From NCBI GenBank assembly GCA_934141555.1, contig CAKPCK010000003.1, positions 6,510 to 70,509 on the forward strand: DNA of 64,000 nucleotides, written 5' to 3'. Position numbers and translations under genes: made by a program. Source of the stretch: an uncultured Clostridia bacterium (GTDB lineage Bacteria > Bacillota > Clostridia > TANB77 > CAG-508). Below, piece by piece: positions 1-8,317 of the stretch. The notes under the pieces are model-generated. The model had not been told where the DNA came from. It was given only the letters and a program-made list of their open reading frames with translations, and did not search any database. Position 1 is the stretch's first letter. Each line of letters begins with the position of its first letter.

Positions 1-663
1 GGAGGAGTTGGATCATTTGTAGTTGAAGGATTAGCAAGAGCAGGAATAGGAAATTTTATATTAATAGATGATGATAAAGTTTGTTTAACAAATTTAAATA
101 GACAAATAATAGCAACAAGAAAAACAATTGGAAAAAATAAAGTTGAAGTTGCAAAAGATAGAATATTAGAAATTAATCCAAATGCAAATGTAGAAATACA
201 TCAAGAATTTTTTATGCCAGATAGTGATGAAATATTAGATAATACAGTAGATTATATTGTAGATTCAGTTGATACTGTAACTGCAAAAGTAGAATTAGTA
301 GTAAGAGCTAACAGATTAAATATTCCTATTATGTCTTGTATGGGAACAGGAAATAAGTTAGATCCAACAAAATTTGAAGTAACAGATATTTATAAAACAA
401 GTGTATGTCCACTTGCAAAAGTAATGAGAAAAGAATTAAGAGCAAGAGGAATAAAAAAATTAAAAGTAGTATATTCAAAAGAAGAACCAATAAAACCAAA
501 TGAAAATTGTGAAAACAGTTGTAAAAATAATTGTATATGTCCTCCAGGAACAAAAAGAAAATGTACAATAAGAAATCAAGTTCCAGGAAGTATATCATTT
601 GTACCATCTGTTGCAGGATTAATAATTGCAGGAGAAGTAATAAAAGATATATTAATAAAATAA
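1..663 (+). CDS. tcdA: tRNA threonylcarbamoyladenosine dehydratase (ThiF/MoeB-type, TcdA/CsdL family); 5' end cut by window edge
   Basis: Frame 1 is open from nt 1 (GGVGSFVVEGLARAGIGNFILIDDDKVCLTNLNRQ...), giving a ThiF-type Rossmann motif plus the CMGTGNKLDP and SVCPLAK segments. The listed ORF 214..663 is its 3' part. Confidence 0.75.
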   Translation, partial: GGVGSFVVEGLARAGIGNFILIDDDKVCLTNLNRQIIATRKTIGKNKVEVAKDRILEINPNANVEIHQEFFMPDSDEILDNTVDYIVDSVDTVTAKVELVVRANRLNIPIMSCMGTGNKLDPTKFEVTDIYKTSVCPLAKVMRKELRARGIKKLKVVYSKEEPIKPNENCENSCKNNCICPPGTKRKCTIRNQVPGSISFVPSVAGLIIAGEVIKDILIK

Positions 664-664
664 A

Positions 665-697
665 TCCTATAGATATATTTTCTATAGGACTTTTTTA
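665..697 (+). terminator. intrinsic terminator after tcdA
   Basis: Stem tcctatag / ctatagga (665-672 / 682-689) followed by a T6 run. Confidence 0.7.
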
Positions 698-698
698 T

Positions 699-1253
699 TT
701 ATATTTCCATTTGGCTACCTAAAAATGTTGCTGCAGATTGAGCAATTTTTGTTTCTACTTCATTCATTTTAGTATTAGCTTCTTTTGAAAGAAGAATTAC
801 AGTTCCAATTGTATCACCATTAGAAATTATTGGATATACAACTTGAGCATTATATTTTTTATTATTAGAATCATTTTTGGTTATAGGAACAGAAACATTA
901 CTATTTTCATTACTTGTATAAACTTCTTTATCTTCCATTAATTGTTCAAGTTCATCACTAACATTTTGTTCTAAATACTCTTTTTTTGAACCACCAGAAA
1001 CAGCTATAACAGTATCTTTATCAGTAATACAAGCTATATGACCAGTTGTTTTTGATAAAGTTTCAGCATATCCAGTAGCAAATTCAGATAATTCACCAAT
1101 AGGTGAATATTTTTTTAATATAACTTGCCCTTCTCTATCTGTAAAAATTTCTAAAGGTTCACCTTCTTTTATTCTTAAAGTTTTTCTTATCTCTTTTGGA
1201 ATTACAACTCTACCTAAATCATCTATTCTTCTTACAACTCCTGTTGCTTTCAT
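699..1253 (-). CDS. spoVT: stage V sporulation protein T (AbrB-family transcription regulator)
   Basis: N-terminal AbrB/SpoVT motif MKATGVVRRIDDLGRVVIPKEIRKTLRI, ~180-aa length with a GAF-like C-terminal part, GGAGG RBS upstream. Confidence 0.85.
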   Translation of the reverse strand: MKATGVVRRIDDLGRVVIPKEIRKTLRIKEGEPLEIFTDREGQVILKKYSPIGELSEFATGYAETLSKTTGHIACITDKDTVIAVSGGSKKEYLEQNVSDELEQLMEDKEVYTSNENSNVSVPITKNDSNNKKYNAQVVYPIISNGDTIGTVILLSKEANTKMNEVETKIAQSAATFLGSQMEI

Positions 1254-1415
1254 TTAACTTCCTCCTTATTTTGTTTGATTTTTTTGTATATTTTTATTAT
1301 TACAAATAAGGAAAAATTTATACATTTTTTCTCATAATAATATATTTACATTCTAAAATTTAAGTGATATAATACACAAGAAATATTTGGAAATAACAAA
1401 ATAAGGAGGCAAAAA

Positions 1416-1673
1416 ATGACATTAGAAGAATTAGATAAAGATATAAATAAAAAAATTGCTGAAAATGAAGAATTTGTTAGATATACATTTTTTGAGTTAA
1501 AAGTAAAACATAATTTGTCAGAAGATGAAATTGACGAAGTACTAAGATTAGCAAGAAATAAATTTGAAAATTTAGGATATAGAGTATATTTTACAGGTGC
1601 AAAATATAATTATCAAGGTGAAAATAGAATTGTAGAATCAAATGAATATTTAGTTGCAATAAAAGGACTATAA
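1416..1673 (+). CDS. hypothetical small protein (85 aa)
   Basis: ORF with AAGGAGG RBS; upstream TTTACA-17-TGATATAAT promoter; no recognisable domain. Confidence 0.55.
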   Translation: MTLEELDKDINKKIAENEEFVRYTFFELKVKHNLSEDEIDEVLRLARNKFENLGYRVYFTGAKYNYQGENRIVESNEYLVAIKGL

Positions 1674-1701
1674 AAAAATAAAAAAAATTTCAAAAAAAGT
1701 A

Positions 1702-1730
1702 TTGACAAAAAAATGAAATTGAATTATACT
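1702..1730 (+). promoter_or_regulatory. sigma-A type promoter of the tRNA gene
   Basis: TTGACA (1702-1707), 17-nt spacer, TATACT (1725-1730), about 45 nt upstream of the tRNA 5' end. Confidence 0.65.
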
Positions 1731-1776
1731 TAGTTCTGTGCTAAGGAGATAATACTTAACACAGAATAAACAACAT

Positions 1777-1853
1777 GCTCCCATAGCTCAGTTGGTCAGA
1801 GCAACCGGCTCATAACCGGTGGGTCCTAGGTTCAAGTCCTAGTGGGAGCACCA
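1777..1853 (+). tRNA. tRNA with CAU anticodon (elongator Met or lysidine-modified Ile2), CCA encoded
   Basis: Cloverleaf: acceptor GCTCCCA/TGGGAGC, D-arm AGCTCAGTTGGTCAGAGC, anticodon stem ACCGG/CCGGT with loop CTCATAA (CAT at 1811-1813), T-arm CTAGGTTCAAGTCCTAG, 3' ACCA. Confidence 0.9.
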
Positions 1854-1861
1854 TATAAATA

Positions 1862-1893
1862 GAAGAATATCGTTTTTAGATATTCTTTTTTTC
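1862..1893 (+). terminator. intrinsic terminator after the tRNA
   Basis: gaagaatatc / gatattc stem followed by a T-run. Confidence 0.7.
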
Positions 1894-1951
1894 TTTTCTA
1901 AGAATTAAAAAATAGTATAAGCACTTCTTATTTTGATCGATTTTATAAAAA

Positions 1952-1980
1952 AGAAAGTGGTTTTAGCCACTTTCTTTAAT
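1952..1980 (-). terminator. intrinsic terminator of the minus-strand zinc-ribbon gene
   Basis: On the minus strand: gaaagtggc taaaa ccactttc followed by tttttt. It overlaps the stop codon. Confidence 0.6.
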
Positions 1981-2242
1981 TAAAAATAATTCCTGTTTCA
2001 TTAAAACTTTCTTTTGCAGAAATTTTTAAATTATCCATAGTTTGGTAACCTAAAAATCTATTAACATTTTTTTGAGTAATACCAGTTTCTGTTGCAATAG
2101 TATCAATAGAAGAAAAACCATTTAAATCTACATATTTTCTAAAAGTAGATAATTCTAAATTATCTCTATTAGCACATCTTGGACAAACATCTCCAGAATT
2201 TGTGTGAAAAGCACCACAACGACTACATTTATTTAATTCCAT
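1976..2242 (-). CDS. small zinc-ribbon protein with a possible HTH-like C-terminal part (possibly YvyF/TIGR03826-like)
   Basis: CSRCG...CPRC zinc-ribbon. Start moved to the second ATG (MELNKC) because the GGAGG RBS lies inside the first ATG context (atGGAGGtttatATG). The family assignment is from memory only. Confidence 0.5.
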   Translation of the reverse strand: MELNKCSRCGAFHTNSGDVCPRCANRDNLELSTFRKYVDLNGFSSIDTIATETGITQKNVNRFLGYQTMDNLKISAKESFNETGIIFN

Positions 2243-2447
2243 ATAAACCTCCATCTTAAGTAGATATTTATTCTATAAAAAATAAAATATGTTAATCTAC
2301 TTAAATAAAATTAATGTAATTTCTTAGCTGATTTTATCATAAAAGAAAGAAAAATGGAATAGATTTATATAAAAAATCATAAATAAAAATAACATTAAAA
2401 AGTTAAAAATACATATTATAAAATAGATTATGTAGAGGAGATGGATA

Positions 2448-3284
2448 ATGAAAAAAGTTTTATTTATTTTTCAAGAAAAGTACTATAATAATAAATATAT
2501 AATATATATGAAATTCTTAAAGATTATTGGGTATGAAATACATGTATTAACAGATATAAAGGATAAAATAAAATATTGTGATAAAAAAATAAAAGTTACT
2601 TTTAATATATTTAAAATAATGAAATATGTTAAAAGTAATAGTGATTATGAAATGGTATTTTGTAATTCTAAAATAATAGAAATTTTAATAAAATTGATTA
2701 GCATTAAAGAAAAAAATAAGATAATATACATAAATAATAAGATAATTTTTCAAAAGCAAGATAAAGAAAAAGATAATTTTGATATAAATGTAATGAAAGA
2801 AAAATATATATTTTGTAGTGTAGGAGATTTTAATACATCTAATAATCAAATTATGCAGCTTGAATCTATGATAAGAATAATAGAAGATTTTCCGCAAACC
2901 AAGTTATTAATGATAGGACAAGGAAAATTTAAAGAATATTATGAACATGTAATTGAAAAATATGGTTTAAGTAAAAATGTTGAAATAATAGAAAATATAG
3001 ATTCTAAAATTGACATTTTGAGAAAAGTTAGTTGTATTATATCAACAAGAAAAAAAGAAGAATTTGCATTAGATAGTATAATAGCAATAATGCTAAATAA
3101 GCCTATAATTGCATCAAATGTAGGAATTAATAAATTTATTTTAAAAAAAGAAAACATTTTTTATAATTCAGATAATTTAAAAGAAAAAATGAGAAAATAT
3201 ATAGTAGAAAATAAATGTTTTGAAAAATATTATAATATTAAAACAGAAGATATAGAAGAAATATTAAAAAGCGAAAGTTTATAA
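2448..3284 (+). CDS. glycosyltransferase family 1-like protein
   Basis: C-terminal half resembles a GT1 (GT-B) domain (FCSVGDF..., LLMIGQG, EEFALDSIIAIMLNKPIIASNVG); GAGGAG RBS. Confidence 0.5.
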   Translation: MKKVLFIFQEKYYNNKYIIYMKFLKIIGYEIHVLTDIKDKIKYCDKKIKVTFNIFKIMKYVKSNSDYEMVFCNSKIIEILIKLISIKEKNKIIYINNKIIFQKQDKEKDNFDINVMKEKYIFCSVGDFNTSNNQIMQLESMIRIIEDFPQTKLLMIGQGKFKEYYEHVIEKYGLSKNVEIIENIDSKIDILRKVSCIISTRKKEEFALDSIIAIMLNKPIIASNVGINKFILKKENIFYNSDNLKEKMRKYIVENKCFEKYYNIKTEDIEEILKSESL

Positions 3285-3312
3285 ACTTTCGCTTTTATGG
3301 ATCATAGCAAAA

Positions 3313-3693
3313 TTACATTTGTTGATTTCCTGGTATAAAATAATCAACAACTCCATAAATTAATGCTCCAATAATTGCAGCCATCCAAGAAATTGAATAT
3401 CCAGCTACAAAAAATTGAGTCAAATATAATATAATAGCTGCTAATGCAAAACCTACAAACCCTTTTCCAAAAGGACTAGCATGTAAACCAGTAAATTTGA
3501 CAATTAAATAGTCCATAATAGTTAAAACAATTGCAGCAATAGCTAAAGCCCAAATATTATTTATAGAGAATCCAGGTGTAAAAAATGCTGTAATTGCTAA
3601 AACTATAGCAGCTGTAACTAATCTGCCAACAATTTGCCAAACAGTGGATGTTCCATTAGAAGTATTAGAATTACTTTGTGTATTATTTGCCAT
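3313..3693 (-). CDS. small 4-TM integral membrane protein (YvlD/holin_4_2-like or DUF2512-like)
   Basis: 126 aa, four hydrophobic helices, polar N-rich N-terminus, GGAGG RBS. Confidence 0.5.
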   Translation of the reverse strand: MANNTQSNSNTSNGTSTVWQIVGRLVTAAIVLAITAFFTPGFSINNIWALAIAAIVLTIMDYLIVKFTGLHASPFGKGFVGFALAAIILYLTQFFVAGYSISWMAAIIGALIYGVVDYFIPGNQQM

Positions 3694-3830
3694 ATTAAAA
3701 CCTCCTTATAAAAAAATTTCAAGGTTACAAAATTATTATTTACATCAAAAAAAATATTATGCAAAAATCGTATAAAATTAGAAAAATTGAAGAAAATACA
3801 ATTAAAAATTCAAAAAGAAAAGAGGATTTT

Positions 3831-4517
3831 ATGTTAATAATTTTTTTGAGAGCAATATTGTTATACATAGTAGTTTTAATTGTGATGAGATTAATGGGAA
3901 AAAGAGAGATTGGGCAAATGCAACCATTTGAATTAGCAATATCAATAATGATAGCAGACTTAGCTGCAACCCCAATGGCTGAAACAGGAATTCCCATATC
4001 AAATGGAATTATACCAATTTTAGGATTATTAGTTATGCATTTAACTATTTCTACATTAAATATAAAAAGCACAAAGGCAAGAGAAATTATTTGTGGAAAA
4101 CCTTCAATATTAATATATAGAGGGAAAATTGATGAAAAAGTTTTAAGAAAAGAAAGATTCACAATCAATGAATTAGAAGAAAGATTAAGAGATAATAACA
4201 TATTTAATATAGGTGATGTAGATTATGCAATATTAGAAACAAGTGGACAAGTGACAGTTATACCAAAACCAAATAAGAGAACTACAACCCCAGAAGATTT
4301 TAATATAGAACCAGAATATGAAGGAATTTCATATGATTTGGTTGTAGATGGAAAAGTGATGTATAAAAATCTTGAAAAAATAGGAAAAAATTATATGTGG
4401 CTTGTAAAACAATCTGAAAAATTCGGAATAAAGCCAGAAGAAGCATTAGTAATTACAATTGACGGAAATAATCAGTTTTTTTGTCAGGCATTACAAAAAG
4501 GAGATAACAAAGATTAA
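3831..4517 (+). CDS. DUF421 (YetF-like) membrane protein
   Basis: LRAILLYIVVLIVMRLMGKREIGQMQPFELA... is the typical DUF421 N-terminus. Start set at the internal ATG preceded by AAGAGGA. Confidence 0.7.
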   Translation: MLIIFLRAILLYIVVLIVMRLMGKREIGQMQPFELAISIMIADLAATPMAETGIPISNGIIPILGLLVMHLTISTLNIKSTKAREIICGKPSILIYRGKIDEKVLRKERFTINELEERLRDNNIFNIGDVDYAILETSGQVTVIPKPNKRTTTPEDFNIEPEYEGISYDLVVDGKVMYKNLEKIGKNYMWLVKQSEKFGIKPEEALVITIDGNNQFFCQALQKGDNKD

Positions 4518-4528
4518 AGGAGAAAATA

Positions 4529-4912
4529 ATGTATAAAGAAACAATTATATGTACATTTATTATAATACTAATAATAGTATTAGATATAATGACTCAAAAT
4601 TATACAAAAAAGTCAACCATAGAAATAACAGAATGTTTATCAGAATTAAAAAAAGAGATTGAAAATAATAATTTAGAAAAAACTCAAGAAAAATTAAAAG
4701 AATTAGATAAAAAATGGGATATGAAACATGACAAACTTGCATATTATATAGAACATGATGAACTTGAAAAAGTTGACACAGCAATAGTACAAGTTAGAAG
4801 TTTTGTGGAGAATGATGATATTCCATCAGCAATTGCCGAATTAGAAACAGGAAAATTTGTATTAGAACATATAGAACGAAAATATAAATTTAATTTACAA
4901 AATATATTTTAG
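4529..4912 (+). CDS. DUF4363-like protein (usual partner of DUF421)
   Basis: 127 aa, N-terminal TM, HDELEKVDTAI...ELE pattern, position immediately after a DUF421 gene. Confidence 0.55.
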   Translation: MYKETIICTFIIILIIVLDIMTQNYTKKSTIEITECLSELKKEIENNNLEKTQEKLKELDKKWDMKHDKLAYYIEHDELEKVDTAIVQVRSFVENDDIPSAIAELETGKFVLEHIERKYKFNLQNIF

Positions 4913-4994
4913 ATATTTTATTTTTATATATTGAAAAAAGGTAATTTATAAGATATAATAAAATTGAACTAAAGAAATTGAAGGGAATATATAT

Positions 4995-6092
4995 ATGAAA
5001 AAAGAAAATGGTTTTATAAAGTTTTTATTAATAGTGATAACAATAGCATTAGCAGGAATACTAATGCTATTTGGATATGTTATGTATAATGAGTTTTCAG
5101 GAAATGAAAATATAACTTTTGGAAATTTAAAATTAATAGATTCTAAAATAGAAAATCAAGAGTCTGATAATAAAATTAGTGATAAAGGAAATACATTAGT
5201 TACAAAGTCAGAAAAAACAGAATATGAAGATAAATATTTATATAAACAATTGAGTAAAGATGAAAAAATTATATATGAGAAATTATATGAAAACAAAGAA
5301 AAATTAAAAACAGGTACATATAAAATTGAATTTGGAAATACATTTTATAATATATTATCACAAGAAAATGGAAGTGATAAATTACAAGAAGAATATCAAA
5401 CAGCAATTGAAGCATTTACATATGATAATCCAGATGTATTTTATATAGATGTTACTAAGATGTATATAAATATAGAGACTATTCAAAAAGTATTTTCAAC
5501 AAAATATAATGTATATATAAATAATGCAAAAAATCCAACATATCTATTAGATGGTTTTACTTCAAAATCTCAAATAGACCAATGTGAAAAGCAAATTATA
5601 GATGTAAAAGATCAAATTTTAAAAGAGATTAATGAGAAAAATGATATAGAAAAAATTAGATATATACATGACTATTTAATAGATACGATAGATTATGACC
5701 AAACTTTTAAACAAGACAATATATATAATATATATGGAGCATTGGTATCAAAATTATGTGTATGTGAAGGATATGCTAAGGCATTACAATATTTATTGAG
5801 TGAAGCTGGTTTTGAAAATGTAATAGTAACAGGAACTGGAACAAATAGTGATGGAAATACTGAAAACCATGCATGGAACTATATAAAAATAGACGATGAA
5901 TGGTATGCAATAGACACAACTTGGGATGATCCAATAATAATTGGTGGAGGAAGTTTAACAGATATAGTAAGATATAGATATTTCTTAAAAGGAAGCGGTA
6001 TTATGGACAAAAACCATAATCCTTCAAACAAATTCACAACAGATGGTCAAGATTTTGAACTTCCAACATTATCAGTAAAGAATTATAATTAG
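4995..6092 (+). CDS. membrane-anchored transglutaminase-like (cysteine protease fold) protein
   Basis: N-terminal TM; candidate Cys-His-Asp core (CEGYAKALQYLL ... NHAWNYIKIDDEWYAIDTTWDD). Confidence 0.7.
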   Translation: MKKENGFIKFLLIVITIALAGILMLFGYVMYNEFSGNENITFGNLKLIDSKIENQESDNKISDKGNTLVTKSEKTEYEDKYLYKQLSKDEKIIYEKLYENKEKLKTGTYKIEFGNTFYNILSQENGSDKLQEEYQTAIEAFTYDNPDVFYIDVTKMYINIETIQKVFSTKYNVYINNAKNPTYLLDGFTSKSQIDQCEKQIIDVKDQILKEINEKNDIEKIRYIHDYLIDTIDYDQTFKQDNIYNIYGALVSKLCVCEGYAKALQYLLSEAGFENVIVTGTGTNSDGNTENHAWNYIKIDDEWYAIDTTWDDPIIIGGGSLTDIVRYRYFLKGSGIMDKNHNPSNKFTTDGQDFELPTLSVKNYN

Positions 6093-6104
6093 GAGTTGAG
6101 TAAA

Positions 6105-7218
6105 TTGATAGAATTAGAAGAAAACTTAAATAAATTACAACAATTAAAAAACAAAGTGGAAAGTTTAGGTGAATCTCTTTGACATCGAATCAAAGAAAGA
6201 AGAACTAAAAAAATTAGAAGAACAAACACAACAAGAGAGTTTTTGGCAACAAGATACATCAATAAGTAGTAAAGTATTAGTAAAAATAAAAGAATTAAAA
6301 CATAAAATTGATGGATTTGAATTAGCTCAAAATGAAGCAAGTAATTTGATAGAATTAACAGAACTTGCAAATTTAGAATCAGATGAAGATGTAGCTAAAG
6401 ATATTTTAAAATCTACAAAAAAACTAGAAGATGATGTAGAAAAAATACAATTAGAAACATTATTGTCTGGAAAATATGATAGAAATAATGCAATATTAAC
6501 ATTACATCCTGGTGCAGGTGGAACAGAGTCACAAGATTGGGCAGAAATGCTTTATAGAATGTATACAAGATGGGCTACAAAAAAAGGCTATGAAGTAAAA
6601 GAATTAGATTATCTCGAAGGTGATGAAGCAGGTATAAAAAGTGTTACATTTGAAATAATTGGAGAAAATGCTTATGGATATATGAAAGGTGAAATGGGAG
6701 TACATAGATTAGTAAGAATTTCACCTTTTGATGCAGGTGGAAGAAGACATACTTCGTTTGCATCATTAGAAGTTTTACCAGAAATAACAGAAGATATTGA
6801 AATTGATATTAATCCAGATGATTTAAGAATAGATACGTATAGAGCATCAGGAGCAGGAGGACAACATATTAATAAAACATCATCTGCTGTAAGAATTACA
6901 CATATACCAACAAATATTGTTGTTGCATGTCAATCAGAACGTTCACAAATTCAAAATAGAGAAACAGCAATGAAAATGTTAAAATCAAAATTATTTGATT
7001 TAAAGGAAAAAGAGCAAAAAGAAACAATAAATGATTTGAAAGGTGAACAAAAAGATATTGCATGGGGAAGTCAAATTCGCTCATATGTATTTTGTCCATA
7101 TACACTTGTAAAAGATCATAGAACAAATTATGAAGTTGGAAATGTTCAAACAGTTATGGATGGAAATTTAGATGGATTTATAGAAAGTTATCTAAAATAT
7201 ATAAATAGTAACAAGTAG
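6105..7218 (+). CDS. prfB: peptide chain release factor 2, requires programmed +1 frameshift at CTT TGA C (6177-6183)
   Basis: The zero frame runs from TTG 6105 (AGGAG RBS 6091-6095) for 25 codons (MIELEENLNKLQQLKNKVESLGESL) and ends in CTT TGA. The +1 frame continues DIESKKEEL... and carries the SPF and GGQ motifs. Confidence 0.9.
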
Positions 7219-7238
7219 TCATAAAAACAATATAATAT

Positions 7239-7278
7239 AATAGTTATGTTTATAATTAAATATAACTATTATTTTTTT
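7239..7278 (+). terminator. intrinsic terminator after prfB
   Basis: aatagttat / ataactatt 9-bp stem followed by atttttttt. Confidence 0.7.
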
Positions 7279-7299
7279 ACTATTTAAGGAAGTTTATAT

Positions 7300-8271
7300 A
7301 TGGATATAGTAGTCTTAAAATTTGGAGGAAGTTCACTTGCAAATAATGAAAGATTAATAATTGTAGCAAACAAAATAATTGAAAAAGCAATGAAACATAA
7401 AGTAGTAGTTGTAGTATCAGCACAAGGAAAAACAACAGATAATTTATTAAAGCAAGCAAAAGAATTAGAAGAAATAGCAAAATCTCAAAATATAAATAAA
7501 AGAGAATTAGATATGTTACTAAGTACAGGTGAACAAGTAAGTGCATCTAAATTGGCAATATTATTAAATTTAATGGGATATAAATCAATATCTTTAACTG
7601 GATATCAAGCACAAATATATACAAACAATAATTATCAAAATGCATCAATTATAAAAATTGATACTGAAAGAATAAAAAAAGAATTAAAAGAAAACATAGT
7701 AATAATCACAGGATTTCAAGGTATAGATGAAAATAATAATATAACAACATTAGGAAGAGGAGGCTCTGATACGACAGCAGTAGCATTATCAGCAGAATTA
7801 AATGCAGCAAAATGCTACATATATTCAGACGTTGATGGTATATATACAGCAGATCCAAGAAAAATACCTAATGCAGATAAATTAACAAAAATATCTTATG
7901 AAGAAATGTATTCATTATCAAGTGAAGGAGCTAAAGTACTTCATGATAGATGTGTAGAAATAGGAGAAAAATTTGATGTACCAATAATTACAGAATCAAC
8001 ATTTAATGATAAAAAAGGAACAGAAATAACCCATAATCTTGAAAGTTCTGGAGTAAAAAGCATTGTAAAAAAAGAAATATCAAAAATCTCAGTTATAGGA
8101 TATGGAATAAGTTCAAATGATGATATATTGCAAAAAGTTTTAGAAATTGCAAATGAAAACAAATTAGAAATCTTTAATATAGAAATAACAAGAACAAAAA
8201 TTTCTATTATTTTTAAAGAAATTGTAGATGACAATATATTAAAACAAATACATGATGTATTAATAAGTTAA
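7300..8271 (+). CDS. aspartate kinase (short form, apparently a single ACT domain)
   Basis: LKFGGSSL, STGEQVSA, GRGGSDTTAVALSA, YSDVDGIYTADPR motifs; 323 aa. Confidence 0.8.
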   Translation: MDIVVLKFGGSSLANNERLIIVANKIIEKAMKHKVVVVVSAQGKTTDNLLKQAKELEEIAKSQNINKRELDMLLSTGEQVSASKLAILLNLMGYKSISLTGYQAQIYTNNNYQNASIIKIDTERIKKELKENIVIITGFQGIDENNNITTLGRGGSDTTAVALSAELNAAKCYIYSDVDGIYTADPRKIPNADKLTKISYEEMYSLSSEGAKVLHDRCVEIGEKFDVPIITESTFNDKKGTEITHNLESSGVKSIVKKEISKISVIGYGISSNDDILQKVLEIANENKLEIFNIEITRTKISIIFKEIVDDNILKQIHDVLIS

Positions 8272-8277
8272 TAAAAA

Positions 8278-8317
8278 ATCTCTTTTGAGGACATAATAAC
8301 TCAAAGGAGATTTTTTT
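8278..8317 (+). terminator. intrinsic terminator after aspartate kinase; its 3' arm contains the RBS of the next gene
   Basis: atctcttttgag / ctcaaaggagat 12-bp stem (one G-U), T7 run, and ATG of the ATPase immediately after. Confidence 0.7.
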
